The notes beneath the pieces are model-generated. The model was given only the letters and a program-made list of their open reading frames with translations, searched no databases and was not told the origin of the DNA. This document shows positions 45,915-55,876 of a stretch of DNA of 64,000 bases, piece after piece; position 1 is the stretch's first letter, and every line of letters begins with the position of its first letter. Position numbers and translations under genes: made by a program. Location of the stretch: assembly GCA_963803975.1 (NCBI GenBank), contig CAWDOY010000031.1, forward strand, positions 1 through 64,000, given 5' to 3'. This stretch comes from an uncultured delta proteobacterium (GTDB lineage: Bacteria; Desulfobacterota; WTBG01; CAIYCZ01).

Positions 45915-46103
45915 GAGCGGGATGGATAGGAAGAAGAGGCATAGAGGACGATTAAAAAATATGGACAGCAAGCTCTCTATTTTAGCGATAAAGACCGGAT
46001 CCTGTGCTCTCGAACGCTGCGAAGCCATTTTCATTGACACGCAATCGCTCTCTGCCTATACTGCCCCCATCTCGAAAGCGAGTCCCTGTACATCAATCCG
46101 GAT

Positions 46104-46739
46104 ATGGAGAGTTTTCTGGAGCAGCTGTTTAACACCGCAGTATCATTTGCCGATAACCCTTTCGCATTTTTCACTTTTTTATTTCTTGCCGGGTTCGCAA
46201 ACTTCTTTTTCCCGATTGTCCCGATAGAATTAGTCACCGTGTTTTGCGGATACCTTGTTTCGCAGGGGCACAGCTCGCTTGTGCCGGTAATAGCAGCCCC
46301 AACGCTCGGCATGTTCGCGGGAAGCGTTATTTGTTACCGTATTGCGCGATACTTTGGCGCTCCGATACTGAAAAAACCTTTCTTTGCCCGTTATATCACC
46401 GATGATGCGTTAGCCCGCACCAGGCACTGGCTTGAAAAATACGGGGCAGTGTCGCTGTTCTTCTCAAAGTTCGTTCCGGGCGTATATTTATGCGCCGTGG
46501 TTTCAAGCGGCATCCTTGCCCTGAAGGAAACCAGGATATATACGGCGTTCCTGCTTGCAAACCTTGCGCTCTTTATGCTGCTTGCTTTTATCGGAAAGAT
46601 CGGCGGCGAACGATGGCGCGAGGTTTATGCCGCTGTCGGAAAAACAGGCGCACTGGTGATTATCTCGACTCTGCTTCTGTTCATGTTTATTTCTATCGCA
46701 GTGAAAGTAACCCGCAAAATAAAGCAAAAAAGCCCCTGA
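46104..46739 (+). CDS. DedA family membrane protein
   Basis: FFPIVPIE, YG..SLFFSKFVPG, TM pattern. Confidence 0.8.
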   Translation: MESFLEQLFNTAVSFADNPFAFFTFLFLAGFANFFFPIVPIELVTVFCGYLVSQGHSSLVPVIAAPTLGMFAGSVICYRIARYFGAPILKKPFFARYITDDALARTRHWLEKYGAVSLFFSKFVPGVYLCAVVSSGILALKETRIYTAFLLANLALFMLLAFIGKIGGERWREVYAAVGKTGALVIISTLLLFMFISIAVKVTRKIKQKSP

Positions 46740-46961
46740 GATTTTTAACCCTATCTGGAACTCAGGAACTCAAGAATTTTACGTCTCCCTTGCCATTTCC
46801 AAAACGGGCAGTTATCTGAAGCCTGTCCGTCTTGAACGCCTCCCTTAAAAAAACCCGCTCTGCTGTAAAAGAAGCCTTATTTTCTTCTTAAACTTAAAGG
46901 GCGAGGTGTGTTATAAACCACCTATCTAAGATAGTTTTTTATATTCAGAGGAGTTTATCTC

Positions 46962-48008
46962 ATGACAAAAAAGGATAAAATACAGCTCACGCATTTTTCC
47001 CACAAGGCCGGGTGAGCGTCAAAACTTGGTCCAGGGGTCCTGGACAACATATTATGCGGGCTGCCGCTGGTGAAAAATCCTAACCTCATCGTGGGGCTTG
47101 AAAACCCGGATGACGCGGGTGTGTATAAACTGACTGACGATATCGCCATCGTGCAGACGGTTGATTTTTTCACGCCCATTGTTGACGACCCGTTTACCTT
47201 CGGCCAGATCGCGGCAGCCAATTCCCTGAGCGATATTTATGCCATGGGCGGAAAACCCGTCACCGCGATGAACATCGTATCGTTCCCGCTGAATAAACTT
47301 GATATAGGCATCCTCAAGGATATCCTGCGCGGCGGTCTGGAAAAGCTTAAGGAAGCTGACGTGGTGCTGGTCGGCGGGCACAGCATTGACGACCCGGAGC
47401 TGAAATACGGGCTTTCAGTCACCGGAATTATTCATCCGCAGAAGGTTCTGGCCAAGCAGGGCGCGCAGGCCGGCGATGTCCTTATCCTGACGAAGCCGCT
47501 CGGCACGGGAATTATCTCTACTGCCCTGAAAGGTGAAACGGCAAGTGCGGCCGCGGTGAAGAAGATGGTTGCAAGCATGACCACCTTGAACCGCAAAGCA
47601 GCGGAAATCATACAGGACATCGGCGTGCATGCCTGCACGGATATAACCGGCTTCGGCCTTATCGGCCATGCGTATGAGATGGCGAAGGCAGGGGGTTGCG
47701 CTTTCTGTTTTAACAGCGCAGCAGTTCCGGTATTTCCTGAGGCCCTTGAATATGCCCGCATGGGGCTGGTGCCGGGCGGCAGTCATTCCAATCGCAGCTT
47801 TTATGAACCGTTTGTTGAATACCGCGAGGCAGTGAGCGATGAGCTGCGCGATATCCTCTACGATCCCCAGACATCAGGCGGGTTGCTTTTTTCTGTTGCG
47901 GAAAATAAAAAGGATGCCCTGCTGAAAAAGTTTAGAAAGGAAAAAGTTGACGCTTTCGTGGTGGGCAGGGTGGAAAATAAGCCGAAGGGCAGAATTATAA
48001 TAGAGTAA
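46962..48008 (+). CDS. selD: Selenide, water dikinase with Sec at codon 18
   Basis: MTKKDKIQLTHFSHKAG-UGA(47013)-ASKLGP in frame with DDAGVY, QTVDFFTPIVDDP, DPQTSGGLL. Confidence 0.95.
47029..47045 (+). promoter_or_regulatory. SECIS-like hairpin of selD
   Basis: GTCCAGG-GGT-CCTGGAC, loop about 20 nt after the UGA. Confidence 0.65.
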
Positions 48009-48134
48009 TGAGTAACGAGTGCTGATGTAACATGAGCGACGAGTAAATACATATGCAATTATAGACAGTAACGAGTGCTGAGTGAAAGTAAATTCACTTT
48101 AACTTTTAAGTGAAGAGCATGAGGCCGACCAAAT

Positions 48135-48535
48135 GATGCAGGCATGCTTCTTCAGAAGGACCATGTAATTGCCTGGCAGAAAGTTCGCTGATGAATATGA
48201 CCAAAGCATGAGTTATAAAATGACTGAGAGACGGAAAGTTTCAGCCAGGATGATTTTGGCATTGCGGGATCAACTGAGGCGAGCTGCTGTGTCAGTTATG
48301 TCCAATACTATCAGAGGGTTCTGAAAGAATGGGCATAGACAGATATTCCAGTCAGTTCTTAGCTGATAGCAAAGGCAAATCATGCGCTGAACTCCGTTCC
48401 CAGTCTTTATACTTGCTCATGAAATTGGTTATCATCAGCTCAGGAACAGTTTGCCAGGCAAATACATCGGCAAACTTGCTGAAGATGTAGAAGCCACATC
48501 ATAGGCGCGACTCAGAGCTTCATTGAAAAGGTAGC
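48135..48535 (+). pseudogene. Four-helix-bundle (23S rRNA IVS protein-like) gene, heavily disrupted
   Basis: Fragments IAWQK, LRDQLRRAAVSVMSN, IAK..CAELRSQ, EIGY; flanked by a 17-bp inverted repeat (48067-48083 / 48553-48569). Confidence 0.7.
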
Positions 48536-48581
48536 TGATAAAAATAACTCGTACTCAGCACTCGTTACTCAGCACTTTACT

Positions 48582-49596
48582 TCAGATAATCAGCTCCTCT
48601 GTCAGCCCTGGAGCGCACGGCAGCGCAGAGATTTTATCTGATTTCTCATTTTGCAAAACATTGATCTCAACCGCGGTACCGGCAGGCGCGTCGCTGTAGC
48701 GGGCGCAGATGGAAGCGGCGAGCATAAGAAGCTCCGGGCTCAAAGGGCTGCCTGATTCCAGCGCTGGAATGAGAACAGCCGGCCCCGGGATTTCTTCAGG
48801 CGCAATGAGAATGTCTCCCGGTCTGCGCAGTTCCTCAATTTTATTATTCTCCAGTTCGTTTCTCCCCACGATGCATTTGACCTTTTCACTGAGCCGTACG
48901 TGACGGCCGACCTTCAGCAGTTCTATATCGCGCACCGAGAAATTCTCATTTATGCTGCATCAGGTCTTTGAGGCGCTTGCTGAAGTTGGGCTCGGTCAGC
49001 CTGCAGCCGCCGGCGGGCTCCGGGAATTCCGTGATGCCATATTTGCGGGCGAGTTCCATCTGGGGTTTTCGGGACCGGCCCTGGATGTCCAGCAGCCGCT
49101 CACGGTCAACCTTTCCCTCAAGCTCAGGTCTGGTCATGGGCAGAAGCTTTGCGCTTAAGGGGCGGAGAATATATTCCTCATAGCCTGATTCCCTGGCCAC
49201 AATCTTCAGGGAGTTTTTATTCTGTGACATGGGGCGCTCGCCGAGCACTTCGCCGGAGAAGAGAAAATCAGCATTCCACTCCCGCATGCGCTTTCCCGCC
49301 TCCTGAAACATCAGCGCGTGGCAGTCGATGCAGGGGTTCATAGCGCTGCCGTAGCCGTGTTTGGGGTGCTTGAGCATCTCCAGATGGGCTTCGGTAAAAT
49401 CAATGACATGCAGGGGGACTTTGAGCATAGCCGCGGCCTTCTGCGCGTTCTCCGGCCCGAAAAAGGGCGTGATAAAGGCCGCTGCCTCAATATGTATATT
49501 CTGATCTCTGAGAACACGGATTGCCAGTATGCTGTCGAGACCGCCTGATAAAAGGCCGATGCCAATCGATTTCGGAGTAACCTGTTGCGCCGTCAT
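48582..49596 (-). CDS. ThiI-like PP-loop tRNA thiouridylase-family protein (frameshift about 48945)
   Basis: LSGGLDS, NPCIDCH, GEVLGERPMSQ, PAGGCRLT, GRH.RL...IVGRNE. Confidence 0.85.
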
Positions 49597-49630
49597 GTAT
49601 AGCAGCTCCAGAATAGATATTTGTGTTTAG

Positions 49631-49782
49631 CAGGCTGTTGAAAAACACCCATCTGCTGCGTTACGCTCATCCTTCGTCATTGCGACGTACCGAAAAAGTA
49701 CGCCTCATTCCTCAGGATTTCGCGTGCCTTGCATTTAGATGTTTTTGACCAGCCTGAAAAAGACTGCTTTTTCAACAACCTG
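49631..49782 (+). mobile_element. MITE-like element copy 2 with TTAG target duplication
   Basis: TTAG-CAGGCTGTTGAAAAA...TTTTTCAACAACCTG-TTAG. Confidence 0.8.
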
Positions 49783-49926
49783 TTAGAAATGAAAGGGTTA
49801 GCGGTAAAAGTGTTATTGTACTATGAACTGCCGGAACTATTATAGCTTATTTATACACATAATGCCCTGTTTTGAAGGTTTTTCACGCGCATATTTTTAA
49901 ATGAAAAAACAGGAGAAAAAAAGTTC

Positions 49927-49972
49927 TTGACTGCGTTCCTGAAAATAACTATAAATAAACCGACCGGTCAGT
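49927..49972 (+). promoter_or_regulatory. Promoter with TetR operator-like palindrome
   Basis: TTGACT-17-TATAAA followed by ACCGACCGGTCAGT; related GCTGACTGGTCAGT at 50627-50640. Confidence 0.6.
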
Positions 49973-49992
49973 ATAGTAATAACAGCATCACC

Positions 49993-50595
49993 ATGGCAAT
50001 GAAACAAAAGAAAGACACAGACAATAGAAAAGAACAGATACTGGAGGCTGCCCTGATTTGCTTCAACAAGGGCGGCTATTATAAAACCAGTATTGATGAT
50101 ATTGCGGCAAAGGCCAAAATAAGCAAAGGCGGCATCTATTATCATTTTAACTCCAAGGACGAGCTGTTCCTGGAACTGTTTGATTTCAAGGTGAACAGAT
50201 ATTTTGAACAGCTCAAGATGTACGTGCAGACAAAAAAAGATCCGGCGGAGCGGCTGCTCGCTCTGGCAAAAAGAACCGGCGATGTACTTAAAGAAAACAG
50301 TGATTTTTTCAAGTTCTGCCTGGAATTTCTATCAATGGGAGTCAGGGAGCCTGGTATCCGCAAGGGCATGACCCATTTTTACAAGAACACGGTTAAAACC
50401 TTTATCGACATTATTAACGATGGTATTGCCAGCGGCGGACTGAAGAAGATGAACCCGGAGAAGACCGCCCGTGTGATGTATTTTCTCTTTATGGGTACTT
50501 TTTTCACCTATTTCTCGACCAATATTGATTTTGATCTTATTGACCAGGAAACGTTTAACATGGAAGCCTTGCTGAAAGGCATTCAGGCAGACTGA
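49993..50595 (+). CDS. TetR-family regulator
   Basis: RKEQILEAA...TSIDDIA..AKISKGGIYYHFNSKDEL. Confidence 0.92.
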   Translation: MAMKQKKDTDNRKEQILEAALICFNKGGYYKTSIDDIAAKAKISKGGIYYHFNSKDELFLELFDFKVNRYFEQLKMYVQTKKDPAERLLALAKRTGDVLKENSDFFKFCLEFLSMGVREPGIRKGMTHFYKNTVKTFIDIINDGIASGGLKKMNPEKTARVMYFLFMGTFFTYFSTNIDFDLIDQETFNMEALLKGIQAD

Positions 50596-50614
50596 GTTTT
50601 ATAAAATAAATATG

Positions 50615-50652
50615 GCCGGAGAGTATGCTGACTGGTCAGTACACTCTCCGGC
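50615..50652 (+). promoter_or_regulatory. Long hairpin containing a second operator-like site
   Basis: GCCGGAGAGTATGCTGAC-TG-GTCAGTACACTCTCCGGC. Confidence 0.55.
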
Positions 50653-50690
50653 ACACGACACAACAGAACAGTTAACGCAGGAGAGGGCAT

Positions 50691-52252
50691 ATGAGCTTAC
50701 CAAAGGGAGCATACCAGGCACTGGAAGACGCGCTGGGAGCGCGATACGTGTGCGATGAGCCGGCGGTTACCAGCGCTTACAGTTACATGTGGCTTATTTA
50801 CAGCACCCATGCGCAGTCAGGGCGGTACCGGCCTGCTGCGGTGGCGCTGCCCGGAAGCACCGAGGACGTGCAGACCATCATAAAAATCGCCAACCGCTAT
50901 AAATTCAATTACATCCCGGTGGGCACCAATCTGCTTCCCCCCACCATTCCGGTCCGGCCGGATACGGTCATTATCGACCCGAAGCGGATGGACAAAATCA
51001 TCGAAATTGATCAGAAGAATATGTACGCAGTGGTTCAGCCGTATGTAACCTATGCTCAGCTTCAGGCCGAGGTGATGAAACTGGGGCTGACCATCACGGT
51101 TGCCGAGGCTGGCTCCCAGGTTTCAGTGCTGGCAAACAACATGTTTCAGGGCATGGGCGGCACCGGGCACAAGTTCGGCTATAACCGGGGTGTGCTGGGA
51201 TGCGACTGGATACTGCCCAACGGCGACCTGCTGCATCTGGGCTCGCGCGGCAACGCCGGCGGCGAATGGTTCTGGGGCGACTGCGCCGGGATGAATCTGA
51301 AAGGGCCTGCTGCGCGGCGACTCGGGCCACTGCGGCGGGCTGGGCATGGTGACGGCCATGGCGGTCAAGCTCTTCCCCTATCCGGGACCGCCGGTATTTC
51401 CGGTGAAGGGAAAAAATCCGAATTTCACCGCGGAGTTCCCGCATGACCGGTTCAGGCTGAACCTGATTAAATTCCCTGAGCGGAAAAAGCTGATCGATGC
51501 CATGTATGAGATCGGCCACGCTGAAATCGCAGCAGCTGTGCATGAGGAGCCGGCAAGCATGATTCTCTCCTATGCCTCTCCGTCTGTTGAGTATTTCTGG
51601 GAGCGCTGGCCGGAGTTCCAGAAGCAGTGGCGCAATGTGATGTCAGTCGTGCTCATCGGGTTTTCTTCTTCACGCCAGGTGGAATACGAGCAGAAGGTGC
51701 TTGACGCAATTGTCAGCCGAGCTGGGCGGTGAATACATCCGCGAAGGCTCGGAGCTGTGGAAGACCGCGGAAGACAACCTGGGCGAAAACTTAAGGACCG
51801 GCTCTTCCAACCGTTTGTTCCGCATCGCCGGCGACTTCTTTGTCATCGGCGGGTTCAGCTTCGACTCCATTGACCAGAGCTACAAGATGAGCGAGGAGTA
51901 CATGTGGCCGCTCATCGAGGAGGCGCAGAAAAAGGGCCATTTCGTCGAGGACGACACCCACAACGACTGGCTCAACTCCTACCAGCTCGGGCAGATTTCC
52001 GAGACCGAGCCGCTCATCTATTTCGAGCACGACCTTGAGGCGGGCGCCTCTTTTATCAACGGCTATGTCCAGACTATCGTCGAAGCAGTGAAGCGCAAAA
52101 TGTCCCCCACCTGGCCGCTGGGCCCCATGAACTACATTGCCGGCCCGCACCGCTGCAACTACCATGAGCTGGTGCTGAAAATAAAGAAGACGCTTGACCC
52201 GCGTCTGACCTCCAATCCCGATTATCCGGTGCCGCAGCAGCCTCCGGGTTAA
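50691..52252 (+). CDS. FAD-binding oxidoreductase (GlcD/VAO family), two frameshifts
   Basis: PAAVALPGSTEDVQ, IDPKRMDKIIEID, VQPYVT; C-terminal KIKKTLDP..SNP. Confidence 0.8.
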
Positions 52253-52384
52253 ACACCGCGGAGGGCGCAGAGAAATGCAGATAAGATCTGGACTCAGGAA
52301 ATCGAAAAATAAATATTGTCCCTTTATGAGCAAAGTCCAGATTCAATAAAATAATTCTGGTTAATGAAAAAAAGGAGATTACCA

Positions 52385-53926
52385 ATGCCTGCAAAAATTC
52401 CTGCCAAGGTAGATTATATTAAACCCCTTGAGGATAAGCCCTTTCGGGAGGTGGTGCGGGAAAAGAAAGAGTATCTTGAGGAGCTGAAGAAAAAGCTGGA
52501 AGCGATTGTCGGCGCTGAGAAGGTTTCAGATGAGGCTGAGCTTCTTAAAAAATATTCCCGGGACAAAAGCCTTGCCACCCCCGGCAAGCCTGCCTTTGTT
52601 GTTTTCCCGCACACCGCGGATGAAGTCTGCAGGCTGGTGCGGCTGGCAAACGAAGAGCTGCTGCCCCTTATCCCGGCAAGCTCCGGCACCCATAATTACG
52701 GATGCACGATTCCCCGCATGGGCGGCGTCGTTATAGATCTTTCCGGGTGGAAAAAAATATTGAAGATTGACCACCGCAATCGCGCTGCGCGCATTGAGCC
52801 CGGTGTCACCTATAATGAGCTTTCCGAGGCGCTGAACAAAGAGGGCCTGCGGCCGCTCATGCCGCTTTTGCCGCGAAAAGACCAGTCGGTGCTGACAGCT
52901 CATCTGGAGGCGCACCCCATGATGATCCCCGAGTTTAATTACAGCGAGCCGCTCTACACGGCGGAAATCGTCATGCCCAATGGTGAGATATTCCGGACCG
53001 GCTCCGCGGCAAGCGGTACGCCGGAAACCATCCACACGGACATGGTCGGCCCCTGGGGCCCGGGTTTTGACTGGAACCGGCTCTATACCCGCAGCCAGGG
53101 AACGCTGGGCATTGTTACTTGGGGAAACATAATGGCCGAGCCCCTGCCGTCAAAGCAGAAGCTCTATTTTACTCCCGGCCGCACAATAACAGACCTCACC
53201 AGCTTTACCTATACGGTTCAGCGCAAGTGGCTCGGCTATGAATGCTTTATCCTGAACCGGGTTAACCTTGCGCTCATGCTCGCCGAGACCATGCCGGAGG
53301 ATTTTGCCGTGCTTAAAGATAAACTGCCTGAGTACGTGCAGATCTTCTGCATTGCCGGGCTGAAGCGTCTCCCGGAAGAGCGGATAGCCTACCAGGAAGC
53401 GGATTTCTTTGCCGCTGCCCAGGAGGTTGGGGTCCAGCCGCAGCCCGCGCTGACTGACGTGCCGCAGGCTGCTGCCTTCTTTTCCCGCAACCTGTCCCGC
53501 TGCTGGGACCGCGAGGTGTATTGGAAAGACGCGTACAAGGGTGCCAGCGCTGATATATTCTTTATCACCACCATGGACCGGGCAGCACAATGCATAGCGG
53601 AGATGCAGCAGGCAGCCTTCACCCATGATTATCCTGCCACCGAGATTGGCGTGTATCTGCAGCCCATTGAGAACGGCAGGGCCGCGCACCTTGAATTTAA
53701 TTTCTTCTATAATCCGGAAGATCCGCAGGAATGCATCCGCATTAAAAAGCTCCACGCTGCAGCGAGCGAGCGGATGCACGCACTGGGCGCGGTTTTTACC
53801 CGGGCCTACGGCAGCTGGGCTGAAATGGTTACTACGCGCAACGCCGTACAGTTCCAGGCGGCAAAAATGATCAAGGAGACCCTTGATCCCAAGAACATCA
53901 TGAACCCGGGCAAGCTGGGGCTTTAG
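52385..53926 (+). CDS. FAD-binding oxidoreductase (GlcD/VAO family)
   Basis: PAFVVFP, GGVVIDLS, IEPGVT, QGTLGIVT, IKETLDPKNIMNPGKL. Confidence 0.88.
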   Translation: MPAKIPAKVDYIKPLEDKPFREVVREKKEYLEELKKKLEAIVGAEKVSDEAELLKKYSRDKSLATPGKPAFVVFPHTADEVCRLVRLANEELLPLIPASSGTHNYGCTIPRMGGVVIDLSGWKKILKIDHRNRAARIEPGVTYNELSEALNKEGLRPLMPLLPRKDQSVLTAHLEAHPMMIPEFNYSEPLYTAEIVMPNGEIFRTGSAASGTPETIHTDMVGPWGPGFDWNRLYTRSQGTLGIVTWGNIMAEPLPSKQKLYFTPGRTITDLTSFTYTVQRKWLGYECFILNRVNLALMLAETMPEDFAVLKDKLPEYVQIFCIAGLKRLPEERIAYQEADFFAAAQEVGVQPQPALTDVPQAAAFFSRNLSRCWDREVYWKDAYKGASADIFFITTMDRAAQCIAEMQQAAFTHDYPATEIGVYLQPIENGRAAHLEFNFFYNPEDPQECIRIKKLHAAASERMHALGAVFTRAYGSWAEMVTTRNAVQFQAAKMIKETLDPKNIMNPGKLGL

Positions 53927-53970
53927 AATTCTGATTGCTCATAAAATCAATGATCAGCAAAGGGAGGTAG

Positions 53971-54838
53971 ATGATGCCGTTTATAATCAATCAGAGCCAG
54001 TGCGTCGGGTGCGGCTCCTGTATCGGCAACTGTCCCAACCGGGCGATTATACGCAAAGGTGCAGAAGTAATTATCACGGGCATGTGCAGTGACTGCGGGA
54101 TTTGTATACGACACTGCGGGCTGGATGCAATCAATACCGGGAAGTCAAGAGCAGTGTTTGATAACAGGAAGCAGGACCGGGCATTAAAAGAGAAGCTATT
54201 GTTAACGCGTAACATTGTCGCCATGAAATTTGCCGACAAAGCACCTGCAGGGGTACCCGAAGAAGACGGGCTCAATTTCTGGTGTCATATCTGCGGAGAT
54301 ATTTTTGAGGGACATGAAGCCCCAATTTTTTTCGGCGCTAAGAACAGTGTCTGCGGCGGTTCCTCGGCACTTGGCCTCGGGACCCGAAGCGTTAACAGGG
54401 ACGATGTCCTTGCCATGATCGAGGTCGTTACCGGTGACGGGGGATATTTTACTACCAATGACCTGTTTACGAAGCCGAGAACGCTTTTCCCTAAATTCCC
54501 CAAAGTCTACGGAGGGATGGTCATTGCTTCACTGTGCGCGGATGAAAATGCCGGATATCATCCTCATACCGGTAAACGGAAAACAGATGTGCATGCTTGC
54601 TACGGCGTATGCGTTTGAAACCGGCGAGATAATAACGGGCAACGCCGGAGGCGGCACCTGCCTGGCAACGGTTACGATTCCTTTTCTGGAGAACCGGCCG
54701 GTTTTCTCCTGCGGCGATCACGGCGGACGAATGCATATGCGGCTGAAGGATGAGGAGAGCCTGGCATGCTTTCCGTACCGTCTGGTGCCCGGAACGGTAG
54801 CAAATCTGGACAGAACGGTTTTTACCCAGGGTGGTTAG
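53971..54838 (+). CDS. 4Fe-4S ferredoxin-DUF169 fusion (frameshift about 54540)
   Basis: CVGCGSCIGNCP; IVAMKFADKAP; GDHGGR; paralog of 30630-31499. Confidence 0.8.
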
Positions 54839-54941
54839 CGGGGGTATGCTGCGGACCCGTGTAAAAGAACGGCACTGAATAGAAGTCTGCAGATGTATCA
54901 TGCAGGGCTTTTATAATAAGGGTATAAAAAGGGACACACTC

Positions 54942-55700
54942 ATGACTCAAAAAAATAATTTTACTTTCCCGCGCATTGAAAATGTAGAGCTCATAAAACA
55001 ATGTTATGCAGATATAAATGGAGCCCAGTCATTCCTTCCGGTAAAAAACTGGCAGACAGATATCTGGACTGCCGAGGTACAGTGTTCCACAGGCACGGTC
55101 TTAAAAAAAGCGGGTCTGGCTGTGGTTGAGATGACCGGCGGTAGGGTGGAAGGCGCTTCTGCCGATATGACCCTGCTGCAAACCCTGGCCTGGCCTGTCA
55201 ACCCCTGTATCCCGGGATTAATCATCATGGCCAGCACCGGTAAGATCGAGGACCAGAATGTCATGGTAACAGTTTACCTTGATCTTATTATACAGAGCGG
55301 AGCACTCAATCAAAACGACAAGGATATGCTGACATCTGCTCTTAAGACGGTCTGCGACCGGCATGGACAGAGCCTGGATGAATATCAGTCTTTTCTCGCC
55401 GGCCGCGGTATGCTGGGCGGATGTGCTGCTGAGTGCGGCGTACTCTATTTTTTTGAGGAAAGCGATGCGGCACTTCTTGAAGACATGATCCGTGAAACAC
55501 TGAATGCATATGGAAAAATCATCGAGCGGGGGAAAGATATACTCCCCGCAGCAGATGATTTTACAACAATGAAGGACAGCCATAATAAAATTATTGAATG
55601 GATGTTGTCTGAAGACTACGGCGTTAAAGTCGCGCGACAGAATAATATCCCGCTGGAAGTCATGGAATCATACGGGTTTCCGCCGTCTAAAAACTCCTGA
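54942..55700 (+). CDS. Divergent coproporphyrinogen III oxidase (HemF)-like protein
   Basis: GTVLKKAG, WPVNPCIP, AYGKIIERGKD, IIEWMLSEDYG and terminal FPP parallel HemF motifs. Confidence 0.55.
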   Translation: MTQKNNFTFPRIENVELIKQCYADINGAQSFLPVKNWQTDIWTAEVQCSTGTVLKKAGLAVVEMTGGRVEGASADMTLLQTLAWPVNPCIPGLIIMASTGKIEDQNVMVTVYLDLIIQSGALNQNDKDMLTSALKTVCDRHGQSLDEYQSFLAGRGMLGGCAAECGVLYFFEESDAALLEDMIRETLNAYGKIIERGKDILPAADDFTTMKDSHNKIIEWMLSEDYGVKVARQNNIPLEVMESYGFPPSKNS

Positions 55701-55876
55701 ACATAGAAGGTCCTTCGAGGCAATGATGCATAACAATACAGGAGAATCAGCTGATAACAAAAGTGAACCCCGAGCGGATTGTCGTTACCAACGGTGCGTT
55801 TGTGAAGCAGGGTCTGCACCGGAAACAGATATGGGAAGCTCGGGCGAACGAGGCACAATAAATAAAGGAGAAAATA

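Noticed and set aside
48135..48535. Four-helix bundle as a DGR Avd protein
   Set aside because: No reverse transcriptase or TR/VR pair in the window.
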